Positions 17,377 through 27,882 of a DNA stretch of 64,000 nucleotides are shown here, piece by piece. Source of the stretch: Parcubacteria bacterium C7867-005 (GTDB taxonomy: Bacteria; Patescibacteriota; Minisyncoccia; Phycocordibacterales; Zambryskibacteraceae); assembly GCA_001189165.1 (NCBI GenBank), contig LFCO01000001.1, forward strand, positions 10,987-74,986, written 5' to 3'. The notes below the pieces were generated by a model, which was not told where the DNA came from, did no database searches, and worked only from the letters and a program-made list of their open reading frames with translations. The stretch's first letter is position 1. Every line of letters starts with the position of its first letter. The position numbers and the translations under genes were made by a program.

Positions 17377-18576
17377 CTACAGGGCGATGTTTTTGAGGTA
17401 GTCAGGGAGGATAGTTATCTTGATCGTGTCTTGCGCTCGGGTACTCATATTCCTGACTGTCACTGTGTGGTCTAAGGCTTCTTTCTGGCCGACTATTAAT
17501 AAGTATGGGACACGCAGTTTCTCTGCATTTTCGAGCTGTATGGTCAGCTTATCTTTACCCAGGAAGCTGTAGACAGGGATTCGGTTTACACGTAGCAGTT
17601 CGATCAAAGATAGTGACTGCATTTTGGCTTCTTGGCCGAGCTGGATCAAATAAAACTTTGGCTTAGGCAAATCTTTATAAACTTTTTTCGAGACATCTTT
17701 TTGTTCTTCGATTTCTCTGGCGAAGATAGTGGCAGAAACTGCCGGCATTTCTTTTTTGAAACCAATGCGTTTTGAGAGCCTAGAATATCTTGATCCCAAG
17801 GCCAATAGACGTTCATCTTGTTTGTTTCTGATAGCAAAGATAGTCTGTGATGAGTAGTGTTTATTGCCCACCAGTTTATGAGAAAGTCTGAACTCTACAT
17901 TTAGGTGTTCGACGCATTCGAGCATTTCTTTAAAGTGGTTTCTCGCAGGTGCAGATAGAGAAGCGATCGAAGGAGGTAGCCCCATAGATATATTTTCTGG
18001 TAGTTCAATACGAAGCAACTCAAAGATATCGTCTTTTAATCTTTTTTTATATTCAGGAGATATGTCGCAAGAGATTTTCTTGGCGTAGTGGTGCAGCTCT
18101 CTTTCATAAGAGCTTATAGAATCTTTATCTCCAATACTGTTCAGTTCTACCACAGTATTCTCAAATCCATGTTCAGAGAGTACAGAGAGTGCTGTACGGA
18201 TGAGGATAGCTTCAGCCATAGCAGAAGGGAATCCTAAAATATGCATACAATAGTCGTGGCTCTTTTTGCTTGGCTCTGGTCTCTTGTACACAACCTGGAG
18301 TGGATGAGAAAGGTTATTAAGCTCTTGTTCCAGATAGTGTCTTAGAAAAGAAGCTTTTTCTGCGGCGTCGTGTATTGCTCTCAGGCTCTTCTTGTCATTT
18401 GGATCTTCGAAGACCCTATATTCCTCTGTTAGCTTTAAATCCTTGTCGTTTATTTTTGGGCACTCTATCGGGGTAAATCCAAAATGTGTTGCGAGGTATA
18501 TTGGTTTATCGAACTCGCGGAGCAGATATGATGGGCGGTTGCTAATTTGTTTTGACATTGTCGGTAACTTCATCAT
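17377..18576 (-). CDS. hisS: class II aminoacyl-tRNA synthetase, HisRS-like (catalytic core and HGTP anticodon-binding domain)
   Basis: C-terminal VPYLLIVGQKEALDHTVTVRNM anticodon-binding pattern; N-terminal HFGFTPIECP (motif-1-like); canonical HisRS motif 2 not obvious. Confidence 0.55.
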   Translation of the reverse strand: MMKLPTMSKQISNRPSYLLREFDKPIYLATHFGFTPIECPKINDKDLKLTEEYRVFEDPNDKKSLRAIHDAAEKASFLRHYLEQELNNLSHPLQVVYKRPEPSKKSHDYCMHILGFPSAMAEAILIRTALSVLSEHGFENTVVELNSIGDKDSISSYERELHHYAKKISCDISPEYKKRLKDDIFELLRIELPENISMGLPPSIASLSAPARNHFKEMLECVEHLNVEFRLSHKLVGNKHYSSQTIFAIRNKQDERLLALGSRYSRLSKRIGFKKEMPAVSATIFAREIEEQKDVSKKVYKDLPKPKFYLIQLGQEAKMQSLSLIELLRVNRIPVYSFLGKDKLTIQLENAEKLRVPYLLIVGQKEALDHTVTVRNMSTRAQDTIKITILPDYLKNIAL

Positions 18577-19159
18577 TTAAGAAAGTTTCCTTGCCGGGCC
18601 AGAGGGTTGGTGGCCAGAACCTCACTATTGGTCGTCCGATGATGTTTGCTTCTGGTACCGGTCCCCAGATACGTGAGTCAGCACTGCCGAGTCTGTTGTC
18701 GCCCATGACAAAGTATTCTCCGGCGCCGAGTGTATAGCTCATGTTGTCAGATTTTTCGAACTGTATGTATGGCTCGTCCAAGACGAAACCCTCTTTATCT
18801 TTAGGGCTAGTGATTGTAACCTCTCCATTCTTGATCGACACTGTTTCCAAAGGTAGTCCGATCACTCTTTTTATAAAGTATTTAGAAGGGTTTTTGGGGT
18901 ATTTGAATATCATGACAGAGCCCCGGAGAGGCGTAGTGAACTTATAAGAGAGTTCATCTACGATCAGATACTGTCCTGTATAAAAAGTTGGGTCCATGGA
19001 CGCTCCATCCACTATGAACGGTTGAGCAACAAACATCCTGAAGGGGATTACTACAAATACTGCGATCAAAAGCAGCTTGCCGAGTTCGAACCAGAAGGTG
19101 AACTTGCTCTCTTCTCTTTCCGGTGTGATGTTTGGTGGCAAAATGTTCATGATTTTCAA
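18542..19159 (-). CDS. lepB: signal peptidase I
   Basis: Catalytic GASMDPT (Ser), KRVIGLP (Lys), GDNRLGSADSR box. Confidence 0.85.
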   Translation of the reverse strand: MKIMNILPPNITPEREESKFTFWFELGKLLLIAVFVVIPFRMFVAQPFIVDGASMDPTFYTGQYLIVDELSYKFTTPLRGSVMIFKYPKNPSKYFIKRVIGLPLETVSIKNGEVTITSPKDKEGFVLDEPYIQFEKSDNMSYTLGAGEYFVMGDNRLGSADSRIWGPVPEANIIGRPIVRFWPPTLWPGKETFLNDEVTDNVKTN

Positions 19160-19198
19160 TGCATTGTATTATCTAAGTTCGTTTGACACAATAGTCAT

Positions 19199-19729
19199 AT
19201 GTATATTGTTGTAGGTTTAGGAAACCCAGGAGAAGAATACAAAGAGACACGTCACAATACAGGACGTATGGTGATGGATTTTCTTACAAAAAAAGACATT
19301 TTGAACACGAAATTTGTTCATCTGGATACTTTTATGAACAAGTCCGGAGCCGGAGTAGCCAAAGTAGTCAAATCCAAAAAATCTGCAGAAAAACTGGTGG
19401 TTGTTTATGACGATTTGGATTTACCTATCGGTACCATGAAAGTTTCTTATGATCGGAGTTCGGGTGGTCACCGCGGAGTAGAGTCCATCATAAGGGCTCT
19501 AAAGACACAAGCCTTCATCCGCATCAGGGTTGGTATTTCTCCAAGTACCCCATCAGGTAAGCTTAAAAAACCACAGGGTGAAAAAGATGTTGAGAAGTTT
19601 ATCATGGGCAAGTTTGGCCCCAAAGAAAAAGAAATGCTAAAAAAGGTTTTTAAGCACATACCAGAGACACTAGAGGCGCTCGCCACAGACGGTCTACAGA
19701 GGGCGATGACAGTCGGTAATACCAAATAA
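19199..19729 (+). CDS. pth: peptidyl-tRNA hydrolase
   Basis: MYIVVGLGNPGEEYKETRHNTG and DDLDLPIGTMKV signatures. Confidence 0.9.
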   Translation: MYIVVGLGNPGEEYKETRHNTGRMVMDFLTKKDILNTKFVHLDTFMNKSGAGVAKVVKSKKSAEKLVVVYDDLDLPIGTMKVSYDRSSGGHRGVESIIRALKTQAFIRIRVGISPSTPSGKLKKPQGEKDVEKFIMGKFGPKEKEMLKKVFKHIPETLEALATDGLQRAMTVGNTK

Positions 19730-19765
19730 CAAAAACCCCGAGGGTCGCTCGGGGTTTTTGTTATT

Positions 19766-21013
19766 TTATTTCTTTTCTTTGTCGATGAACGAGAGTGCCA
19801 TCTTCTGTTCTTTTGGATCGAAGAGACTTATCTTGAAGCTATAGGTTTTGCCCATCTCCAACTTTTCGCGGAGCTTGTCTTCACCACCGAATTCACTAAC
19901 ATGGACGAGTCCAGCGACTCCTTCTTCTATAGAAGCCAATGCACCGTGTTTATTGAATTTGATGATCACTCCTTCGACTACATCATCTTTCTTATATTTC
20001 TTCTCTGCTTCTTTCCAAGGATTTTCCTTGAGTGCTTTGATAGAGAGTGAGATCTTGTCATCCTTTATCTCTATGATCTTGACCTTGACCTTTTCGCCGA
20101 TTTTGAACATCGCTTTTGGATTTTCTACTAGACCCCAGTCTATTTCAGAAATATGTACCAGTCCTTCGAGTCCTTCTTCGAGCTTCACGAAGACACCAAA
20201 GTCTACGAGGCCAGTGACTTCACCCTTGAGCTCGTCTCCGAGAGTGTAGTGAGCGATGATGGATTCTTTGTTTTTATTTTCTGGAGATTTCTCAGAGAAG
20301 ATGAGTTTACCTTCTTTTGGATTCGCACCGATGATAGTGACAGAAAGTTTTGTGCCGATAAGCTTCTTCAGTTCTTCGAGGATTTTATCTTTATCTCCAT
20401 CAGATACGCGTGGATAGTGTTCAGGTTTGAGTTGTGATGCGGGGAGGAACCCAGAGAGACCTTGCCAGTTTATGATAAGCCCACCCTTGTTTGCTTCTGT
20501 GATAGGGAGTTCATAAACACGCTTCTCGTTGATAGCTGTTTCTGCTTCGCTCCATATAAGCGCTTGTCTAGCTTCTTTGAGAGAGATTTCTATATAACCT
20601 TCTTTACCTCCGATACCCACAACCTTACCAGCAACAGTGTCGCCGATGTTGATCTTCTTTATGATATCGCGGGCATTTATAAACTCGCGTCCGTAGATGA
20701 TACCAGTACCGAATGGGTGGAGGTCTATATATACAGCACCTTTGTCTATGTTGATCACCGGACCTTCTATGACGTCATCTATAGAAGGGGGAGTAGCAGT
20801 CGCCGAGACGATCTGACCCATGAGCGAAGTGTCTTCGACCACAGGAACTTTCTCTTTCTTTATTTTTTCTTTTTTCAAATTATTGTGGCCAACCGCGGTC
20901 CTTGGCTCTCTCGAGTGTTTGCCTAGAGACAAGGGGATAACGAAGTTGGGGACTAATAAACTACCTCTGTAGTTGGACATCAAAATAGCAGAAAAACCAA
21001 ATTTTGTAAACAA
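19766..21013 (-). CDS. rpsA: 30S ribosomal protein S1 (short, 4 S1 domains)
   Basis: Repeated S1 OB-fold motifs (GDTVAGKVVGI, GEVTGLVDFGVFVKL, GVIIKFNKHGALASI); real start possibly internal. Confidence 0.8.
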   Translation of the reverse strand: MFTKFGFSAILMSNYRGSLLVPNFVIPLSLGKHSREPRTAVGHNNLKKEKIKKEKVPVVEDTSLMGQIVSATATPPSIDDVIEGPVINIDKGAVYIDLHPFGTGIIYGREFINARDIIKKINIGDTVAGKVVGIGGKEGYIEISLKEARQALIWSEAETAINEKRVYELPITEANKGGLIINWQGLSGFLPASQLKPEHYPRVSDGDKDKILEELKKLIGTKLSVTIIGANPKEGKLIFSEKSPENKNKESIIAHYTLGDELKGEVTGLVDFGVFVKLEEGLEGLVHISEIDWGLVENPKAMFKIGEKVKVKIIEIKDDKISLSIKALKENPWKEAEKKYKKDDVVEGVIIKFNKHGALASIEEGVAGLVHVSEFGGEDKLREKLEMGKTYSFKISLFDPKEQKMALSFIDKEKK

Positions 21014-21473
21014 AAAGGCAGTCCGAGTTGGACTGCATCGCTTTGGTAAGTGCTATTGCTTGAGGGTAACCGGCAGTCCCGACTGGCGTAGTCGTCCGGG
21101 ACTGCCGGCCCCATTTGGTGGCATCTCGAGAAGTGTCTTAGCCCAGTTTTCGACCGGGACATTAACACTTACGCGTGCGAGAAGGTGGCTTTGGTTACCA
21201 CGACCCCACCTATGCTTTACCTTCGGAGCATTCGTCGTCCTCCATGACGGTGGCTGGGCCTGGGCAACGATGCCGGTGGAGACCCATGTTCATGATGCGC
21301 GATTCGTTCGCGCGGGATCGGCCGCGGGCTTCGGACCGCGGCGACGTATAGCGGACTTGATACTCAGCAACAGCTTGTATATGTACTGCAAGGAGGGAAA
21401 ACTCACTCCCGAATATTCTGTCTTAATCATATCATACCCAAATCTTTTGTCAAGCGGTTTGGGTTTACCGCTT

Positions 21474-21508
21474 CCCCCCGTGTCAACCTGCCAGGTTGAC
21501 ACGGGGGG
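21474..21508. repeat. 35-bp perfect palindrome ccccccgtgtcaacctg-c-caggttgacacgggggg (copy 1)
   Basis: Arms exactly reverse-complementary; core gtgtcaacctgScaggttgacac shared with the copy at 42911-42947. Confidence 0.75.
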
Positions 21509-21543
21509 ATGAAGACAGCCCCCAAAGCGCGGGGCTTTGGGGG

Positions 21544-21819
21544 CTAGGGGTGGATCTCGACGCTGTCCTGGAGGAACTCGGGGTCGCTCTTGCAGAAGGG
21601 ATGATCCTTCGGTAGAGGGCACCCGAGTTGGACATCTTGCGGGGCGATGGGGGATATCAGACCCAATTCCTCGATCTCCTCTGGGGTCATGCTGCGGTAT
21701 CCTCTGGTCTCATCTGGCCATAGGCTTGGCATCTGTATAGCATCTGCAACCGCTGATGCTAGGACGAGAGCAACCAACACCATGAAAGCTTTCAGCGCCT
21801 TGCGTACTGAGATGGGCAC
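21544..21819 (-). CDS. GC-rich small secreted protein (signal peptide MVLVALVLASAVADA)
   Basis: 91 aa; GC-rich; GC hairpin cccccaaagcgcggggctttggggg immediately downstream. Confidence 0.4.
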   Translation of the reverse strand: MPISVRKALKAFMVLVALVLASAVADAIQMPSLWPDETRGYRSMTPEEIEELGLISPIAPQDVQLGCPLPKDHPFCKSDPEFLQDSVEIHP

Positions 21820-21927
21820 GAGTCATTCCCCGGAGATTGGATCGTGATACAGCGTGAACTTCTAGAGATGATTATACTGGTTATAGAGCTTTTGTCAATA
21901 TATGGCTATGGCAAGCGTGTGTCGAAT

Positions 21928-22578
21928 ATGGTAAAATACCCACATATGGTTATCAGCTACCAAGGCATCGAGTCATTCAAAGTCACACAAGGTGACCTCA
22001 CTATCGCTCTTAACCCTGTTTCTAAGAGCTCTAAACACAAATCTATAAATTTCGGATCGGATATCACTATCATCAGCGCCAACCATCCAGATCTGAATGG
22101 CCAAGACAACACCTCGCGCGGCGAGAAGGAATCTTTTGTTATATCTGGCCCAGGTGAATACGAAGTCAAAGACGTTGTTATCAAAGGTTTCCTCTCAGAA
22201 AGTGAATACGGTGGTAAAAAGTTCAATACCGTCTATCAGCTGTCTCTTGAAGGTATGAACCTTTGTTTCCTTGGGGCATTATCGAATCCAGTTTTATCTC
22301 CAGAAACATTAGAATCTTTGGAGGACATAGACATTCTATTCGTTCCCATCGGTGGAGATGGAGTTCTCGATCCAGCATCTGCATATAAACTTGCGGTGTC
22401 ACTTGAACCAGGGATCATTATCCCCATGCATTTTGGCGAAGTTGGAGAAAAGAAAGCCTTAGAGGTTTTCCTCAAAGAAGGAGGTGAAGACAAATCAGAG
22501 TCCATAGATAAATTGGTGATCAAGAAAAAGGACTTAGAAGGCAAAGAAGGAGAAATTGTCGTACTAAAAGAAGAATAA
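21928..22578 (+). CDS. MBL-fold metal-dependent hydrolase (UPF0173-like)
   Basis: IISANHPDLNG...DILFVPIGGDGVLD...IIPMHF pattern; likely start MVKYPH at 21928 (the ORF track begins at 21844). Confidence 0.6.
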   Translation: MVKYPHMVISYQGIESFKVTQGDLTIALNPVSKSSKHKSINFGSDITIISANHPDLNGQDNTSRGEKESFVISGPGEYEVKDVVIKGFLSESEYGGKKFNTVYQLSLEGMNLCFLGALSNPVLSPETLESLEDIDILFVPIGGDGVLDPASAYKLAVSLEPGIIIPMHFGEVGEKKALEVFLKEGGEDKSESIDKLVIKKKDLEGKEGEIVVLKEE

Positions 22579-22579
22579 T

Positions 22580-22945
22580 ATGAGGCAATACTTGAAAACT
22601 ATTCATACGAGGTCAACAGAACACAAAAGACGCTTTGCTTTTGTCGTCTCTGCGTCACTCACTCTACTTATATTCGGAGTCTGGTCTTTTGTGACATTCC
22701 CAACATTTAAGGACTCCGGCATTGTGGTGAATCAAAACAAGATTATCTTGAATGCGGATGATAGCATTGCGTCAAAGCAAAATGTTGCTCCTTTCGATAA
22801 CCTCAAATCCGGTCTCGCTTCTTCTTTTCAAGCATTGAAAGGTCAATTCGTTAATTTAAAAGAAGGTGTTGAGAAAATTGAAGAAACAAATGAATATGAG
22901 AAGATAAAGGACCAAGCCCTCTTTACCGACACCAATGGCCAATAA
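22580..22945 (+). CDS. hypothetical membrane-anchored protein
   Basis: N-terminal [22 protein letters not shown]; overlaps gyrA start by 11 nt. Confidence 0.35.
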   Translation: MRQYLKTIHTRSTEHKRRFAFVVSASLTLLIFGVWSFVTFPTFKDSGIVVNQNKIILNADDSIASKQNVAPFDNLKSGLASSFQALKGQFVNLKEGVEKIEETNEYEKIKDQALFTDTNGQ

Positions 22946-25403
22946 AGACGACCAGAATAAAATTGTAGAAAATAACGTCCGCGAAAGTGCGGTCGTTTCT
23001 CGCTCCATAGTCACAGAGATGAAAGAGTCATTCATCGACTATGCGATGTCGGTGATCACTGACCGTGCCCTACCAGATGTCAGAGACGGATTGAAGCCAG
23101 TACACAGACGCATTCTGTTCTCTATGAACGAGAAGGGTCTGACCGCTAGTGCCAAGAGTCGTAAATCCGCGACAGTAGTCGGAGATGTGCTCGGATCGTA
23201 TCACCCACATGGCGACGCGTCTGTTTATGATGCGATGGTCAAACTCGCTCAAGATTTCTCTACCAGGTACCCACTCATTATCGGACAAGGTAACTTCGGT
23301 TCTATAGACGGAGACGGTGCTGCTGCTTATAGATATACAGAGGCCAAGATGAGTCGTGTTGCTTCGGAGCTACTGAATGACATAGACAAAAACACCGTAG
23401 ATTTTAAGGCGAACTATGACGGTACCAAGAAAGAGCCAGTAGTCCTCCCCGCCGGTCTGCCAAACTTGTTGTTGAATGGAACACTCGGTATCGCAGTGGG
23501 TATGGCAACCAACATCCCTCCGCACAACCTGACCGAAGTAGCAGATGCGGTGATCAAGCTCATAGACAATCCAGAATCAACAACTGAGGACCTGCTCGAA
23601 TCAGTCAAGGGTCCAGACTTTCCAACTGGAGGAATAATTTTTAATCAAAAAGAAATACACCACGCTTATGCCACTGGACGTGGAGGCATCGTCGCTCGTG
23701 GAGTGGCTGACATCGTGGAGAATAAAGCGGGGAATTTCCAAATCATCATCACCGAGATACCTTATCGTGTAAACAAGTCAGCTCTGATAGAAAAAATAGC
23801 AGATCTAGTCAGAGAAAAGAAATTAGAAGGTATAAAAGGTTTGAGAGACGAATCTACAAAAGACATCCGTATCGCTATAGACCTCAAGGCTGGTTCTCAG
23901 CCACAGAAAATACTTAACTCACTCTACAAACACACTCAACTCGAGGATACTTTCCATGTGAACATGGTCGCACTCGTAGACGGAGTACCACAGACGCTCT
24001 CTCTCAAGTCGATGCTCCAGGAGTTTATTAAACACAGACAGATTGTCGTTAAACGTAGAGCAGAATTCGATCTAGACAAGGCGCTTGCTCGTGAACATAT
24101 CCTACTCGGTTTATCCAAAGCCCTCGACCACATCGAAGCGATTATCAAAACTATCCGAGCATCAAAGACAGTAGAGGAAGCCAAGGTCAACCTGATGAAA
24201 GAATTCAAATTCTCTGATCTACAAGCCTCTGCGATCCTCGAGATGCGTCTGCAGAAACTCGCAGGATTAGAGAGAAAGAAGATAGAAGAAGAGTTGAAGG
24301 AAGTTCAGAGCCTCATCAAATTCCTCAAAGACTTGCTTTCATCTGCAAAGAAAATGCTCGCTGTGGTCAAGGACGAACTTATCGCTGCGCGAGACAAGTA
24401 TGGAGACGATCGCCGCACTAAAGTGATCAAGGGTGGTGCCAAGATTCTGTCTGTCGAAGACATGATAGCTGAAGAAGAAAATGCGCTCGTCCTCACTTCT
24501 GGTGGATATATCAAGCGCACCAATCCAGACGAATACAAAAAACAGAAACGAGGAGGAGTTGGTGTGGTTGACCTTGATACCAAAGAAGAAGACTTTGTCA
24601 CCCATTTCCTCACTGCTTCTACTCACTCAGATCTACTTTTCTTTACGGATAAAGGCAAGGCCTATCAGATCAAGATGTATGACATCCCAGAAGGTAAGCG
24701 GGCGACAAGAGGCAAGTCAATTATGAATTTCATCTCTCTTTCAGATGATGAAAAGATCACATCCATACTCCCTATGTCCAAGGAATCCAAGAACATCAAG
24801 GGGGCACTCCTTATGGTCACTGAAGATGGTACTGCGAAGACAGTTGATGCCAAATCATTCTTCGATGTTCGTTCATCAGGCATTATTGCTATCAAACTTG
24901 CACCTGGCGACAGACTAGTATCTGTATCACTGGTTTACGAGGATGATGATGCGACTATCGTCACCAAAGAGGGTCAGTCAATCAGATTTAAGGCCAAGGA
25001 TATAAGAGAGATGGGTCGAGGAGCCGCTGGCGTAAGGGGTATTAAATTGGCTAAGGGAGATAAAGTAATCGGTGCCCATGAGATCAAAAAATCTTGGAAA
25101 TCTGCCCATCTTTTGGTTATCTCTGCGAATGGTTATGGCAAGAGAACAGATCTATCCGAATACAAATGCCAAGGTCGCGGTGGATCAGGCATCCTCACAT
25201 CCAAGGTCACAGATAAAACCGGTAAAGTCATGGCTTCGCAGATTGTGACCGAAGAAAGCGAAGAGGTGGTGGCTATATCAAAGAAAAGTCAGGTAGTCCG
25301 TGTAGACATAAAAGAAATTCCTGTACTCGGCAGACAAACTCAAGGCGTCCGTATCATGAAGCTCCGAGACGGTGACTCCCTCGCATCTCTCATCTGTTTG
25401 TAG
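22935..25403 (+). CDS. gyrA: DNA gyrase subunit A
   Basis: [17 protein letters not shown], active-site Tyr region [11 protein letters not shown]-terminal beta-pinwheel repeats; ends with TAG. Confidence 0.95.
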   Translation: MANKDDQNKIVENNVRESAVVSRSIVTEMKESFIDYAMSVITDRALPDVRDGLKPVHRRILFSMNEKGLTASAKSRKSATVVGDVLGSYHPHGDASVYDAMVKLAQDFSTRYPLIIGQGNFGSIDGDGAAAYRYTEAKMSRVASELLNDIDKNTVDFKANYDGTKKEPVVLPAGLPNLLLNGTLGIAVGMATNIPPHNLTEVADAVIKLIDNPESTTEDLLESVKGPDFPTGGIIFNQKEIHHAYATGRGGIVARGVADIVENKAGNFQIIITEIPYRVNKSALIEKIADLVREKKLEGIKGLRDESTKDIRIAIDLKAGSQPQKILNSLYKHTQLEDTFHVNMVALVDGVPQTLSLKSMLQEFIKHRQIVVKRRAEFDLDKALAREHILLGLSKALDHIEAIIKTIRASKTVEEAKVNLMKEFKFSDLQASAILEMRLQKLAGLERKKIEEELKEVQSLIKFLKDLLSSAKKMLAVVKDELIAARDKYGDDRRTKVIKGGAKILSVEDMIAEEENALVLTSGGYIKRTNPDEYKKQKRGGVGVVDLDTKEEDFVTHFLTASTHSDLLFFTDKGKAYQIKMYDIPEGKRATRGKSIMNFISLSDDEKITSILPMSKESKNIKGALLMVTEDGTAKTVDAKSFFDVRSSGIIAIKLAPGDRLVSVSLVYEDDDATIVTKEGQSIRFKAKDIREMGRGAAGVRGIKLAKGDKVIGAHEIKKSWKSAHLLVISANGYGKRTDLSEYKCQGRGGSGILTSKVTDKTGKVMASQIVTEESEEVVAISKKSQVVRVDIKEIPVLGRQTQGVRIMKLRDGDSLASLICL

Positions 25404-25472
25404 AATATTTTAAATATAAAAAGATAGGCCCCGGCAGTACTACTGCTAGGGCCTGAGTCGGCGCCTCGCCGA

Positions 25473-25916
25473 CTACCGGCGCGTGATGACCATGTTCTGC
25501 GTGACGAGCTCGTCCCTCCCGCCGTTGCAGGAGATGACGATCCTCGTCTGCTTGCTCGCGGCCGAGGGGTACCACCGATGCGACGGACCGATCTCGATCG
25601 GCTTCATGTCGGTCGGGACCTTGAAGGTGTCGCCGCCGGCGTTGATCCAGCATTCGTACGCGTACTCGGTCACGAGACCGATCACGAAGGTCTTGCCCTC
25701 CGCGACCTTGTAGAACTTCTCCTCGTTGCCCATCTCGTCCCGGACCGCGTTCGGCGCGATCGGATTCGCATCGGTGTCGATGGTGAGACCCTCGGAGGTC
25801 ACGGTCATCTTGAGGATGGTGACGCTCTCCGTCTGCGCGGCGACCGTGTTCATGATCGGCGCGAAGAGGAAGGTCGCGAGGAGGACGAGGAACTGTCCGA
25901 ACCGGCGGGTGTGCAT
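25473..25916 (-). CDS. GC-rich secreted hypothetical protein (signal peptide)
   Basis: MHTRRFGQFLVLLATFLFAPIMNTVAAQ SP; balanced composition, unlike the overlapping Arg/Asp-rich ORFs in other frames. Confidence 0.5.
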   Translation of the reverse strand: MHTRRFGQFLVLLATFLFAPIMNTVAAQTESVTILKMTVTSEGLTIDTDANPIAPNAVRDEMGNEEKFYKVAEGKTFVIGLVTEYAYECWINAGGDTFKVPTDMKPIEIGPSHRWYPSAASKQTRIVISCNGGRDELVTQNMVITRR

Positions 25917-26050
25917 GGAGCCTCCGTTCTGGTGGGTGGGAGCAGGAGTCTGCCGAGGAGTTCAGCAAACTTCTGGTAAGTAAATTACAAAAATATTAAA
26001 GATTTGTCAAACACCATAATTCGTTGTCTTTATTTTGCTATACTTAGTAC

Positions 26051-26584
26051 ATGATAAGTTCTCCAGAGAAGAATGTTTCTGAGTTTGGTTTTATGCCCGG
26101 TCAGAAAGTTGCTGATTTTGGTTCGGGTGCCGGCCACTATGTCTTTGTATTATCCAAAGTACTTGGGCCAACTGGCAGGGTCTATGCAGTAGATTTAAAC
26201 GAAGATTTATTAGTTCGCCTGGTCAAGGAAGCAGACAGTATGAGCGCAGACAATGTCCGGGTTATAGAAGGGGATGTTGAAACTGTGCGTGGCACTGAAT
26301 TGAAAGATGAGATACTAGATGGGGTTCTGTTCTCGAATATGCTCTCGAGCCTCTCATCTATAGATGCTGCGCTCACGGAGGCAGTGAGGATACTAAAGAA
26401 AGGGGGGAGGGTGTGTGTGGTGGATTGGAAAGACTCGGGTTTGTTTGAGGCCGAACAGTCCAAAACTAAACGCAAGATGGTCACAGAGTCAGATGCCAGA
26501 AACCTCTTAGCCAAAGCCGGTCTTATGTTTGTAAAATCTTTTGATACTGGGGATCACCACTACGGTCTTATTTTTAAAAAATAG
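26051..26584 (+). CDS. class I SAM-dependent methyltransferase
   Basis: VADFGSGAGHY glycine-rich SAM motif I; YAVDLNEDLL motif II. Confidence 0.75.
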   Translation: MISSPEKNVSEFGFMPGQKVADFGSGAGHYVFVLSKVLGPTGRVYAVDLNEDLLVRLVKEADSMSADNVRVIEGDVETVRGTELKDEILDGVLFSNMLSSLSSIDAALTEAVRILKKGGRVCVVDWKDSGLFEAEQSKTKRKMVTESDARNLLAKAGLMFVKSFDTGDHHYGLIFKK

Positions 26585-26598
26585 TATACTTTATACAA

Positions 26599-27882
26599 AT
26601 GTCTAAATTCCAAATCATCCTGCTCTCCGTTTTCGGAATTTTTATAGTAGCCGCGGTACTTCTGTTTTCTCTATCCAGAGGTTCTGACCAAACAAATGCC
26701 AAAATAGTTGTTTGGGGCAGTATCCCCACATACGATTTTGATAATTTCTTGAATACGTCAGGGATCACAGAGAACAAAACAATCTCCATAGATTATGTAG
26801 AGAAGTCCAAGGATTCTTTTGATACACAACTTACAGAGGCGCTTGCGGTCGGCGGCGGTCCGGATCTAGTCATCTTGCCTGTATCCAAAATTTGGAAAAA
26901 CAGAAATAAACTAATCCTCATACCTAAAGAGAGTGTCAGCCCACAAGTATTCACTCAGACATTTATAGAAGAAGGGGAATTGTTGATGACCGATGCGGGT
27001 GCCTATGCTCTCCCCATCCTGGTCGACCCACTTGTTTTGTATTGGAACAGAGATATTTTTTCTGGAGAAGCTTTGGTTGCTCCGCCAGTGTATTGGGATG
27101 AGATCTACTCCTATGCAGAGAGGTTTTTGAAAAAAGATAATGCAGGGAATATCCAGCAAAGCGCGATTGCTTTAGGAGAAACCAAAAATATCCCTAATGC
27201 CAAAAGTATTTTGTCTCTGCTGTTGCTCCAGGCAGGTACAGATATAACTGGATTTGTCGGCGGAGAACTGCGTTCAGTGCTCGGGCAAGGGTTTAATCTA
27301 CCCCTCGTACCCTCACATGCAGCTTTGGACTTCTATACTCAGTTCTCTAATCCCGCCAAACCATTCTATTCATGGAATCAATCTTTGCTTTCTGCACAGA
27401 CAACCTTCACCTCTGGGGATAGTGCGATGTACCTCGGTTTCGCAAGCGAACTCCCATTGATAAAAGCTAAAAGTCCAACTCTAAATCTGGGTATCTCTAA
27501 AGTTTTGCAGTCCAGGGTATCTGGTAAGACGATCACTTTTGGTGACATGTATGCGGTTGCTATAGTTAGAAATACTAGAAATCCACAAGCGTCGCTCGCA
27601 GGCGCCTTCTCTCTTATATCCAAAGAAAATGCCTTAGAGCTCTCAAAGATCATGGGCCTTGCCCCCGCTCGAAGAGATCTGCTCGCAGAGAAACCAACAG
27701 ACGAAAGTTTATCTGTGTTTTATGACGCAGCGATACAATCGAGAGGGTGGGTCGATCCAGATGACAGGCGTTCTAGTGAGATTTTTATTGATATGATAGA
27801 AGCAGTAACTTCTGGTAGGGCGAGGACGCAAGAGGCAGTAAATAAGGCAAACGACGAACTCGAGGCTCTAATAAATCAATGA
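26599..27882 (+). CDS. membrane-anchored extracellular solute-binding-protein-like protein
   Basis: N-terminal TM then a ~400-aa periplasmic-type domain with a GGGPDLV-type motif; resemblance to ABC SBP family 1 judged by eye. Confidence 0.45.
   Translation: MSKFQIILLSVFGIFIVAAVLLFSLSRGSDQTNAKIVVWGSIPTYDFDNFLNTSGITENKTISIDYVEKSKDSFDTQLTEALAVGGGPDLVILPVSKIWKNRNKLILIPKESVSPQVFTQTFIEEGELLMTDAGAYALPILVDPLVLYWNRDIFSGEALVAPPVYWDEIYSYAERFLKKDNAGNIQQSAIALGETKNIPNAKSILSLLLLQAGTDITGFVGGELRSVLGQGFNLPLVPSHAALDFYTQFSNPAKPFYSWNQSLLSAQTTFTSGDSAMYLGFASELPLIKAKSPTLNLGISKVLQSRVSGKTITFGDMYAVAIVRNTRNPQASLAGAFSLISKENALELSKIMGLAPARRDLLAEKPTDESLSVFYDAAIQSRGWVDPDDRRSSEIFIDMIEAVTSGRARTQEAVNKANDELEALINQ

Noticed and set aside
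21015-21543. tmRNA (ssrA) or RNase P RNA in the GC-rich rpsA leader
   Set aside because: No tRNA-like 3' end (T-arm + ACCA) and no recognisable tag-peptide frame ending in ...LAA; no P4-type complementary strands found.
20973-21622. ORFs 20973-21512(+) and 21290-21622(-) in the rpsA upstream region
   Set aside because: They overlap the rpsA start and a hairpin-dense GC-rich region, and are partly mirror-encoded by the palindrome (VSTWQVDTGG on both strands); judged non-coding.
25390-25983. Overlapping ORFs 25390-25968(-), 25578-25979(+), 25726-25983(+) with Arg/Asp/His/Gly-rich translations
   Set aside because: Typical open-frame artefacts of a GC-rich stretch; only the 25473-25916(-) frame has a signal peptide and balanced composition.
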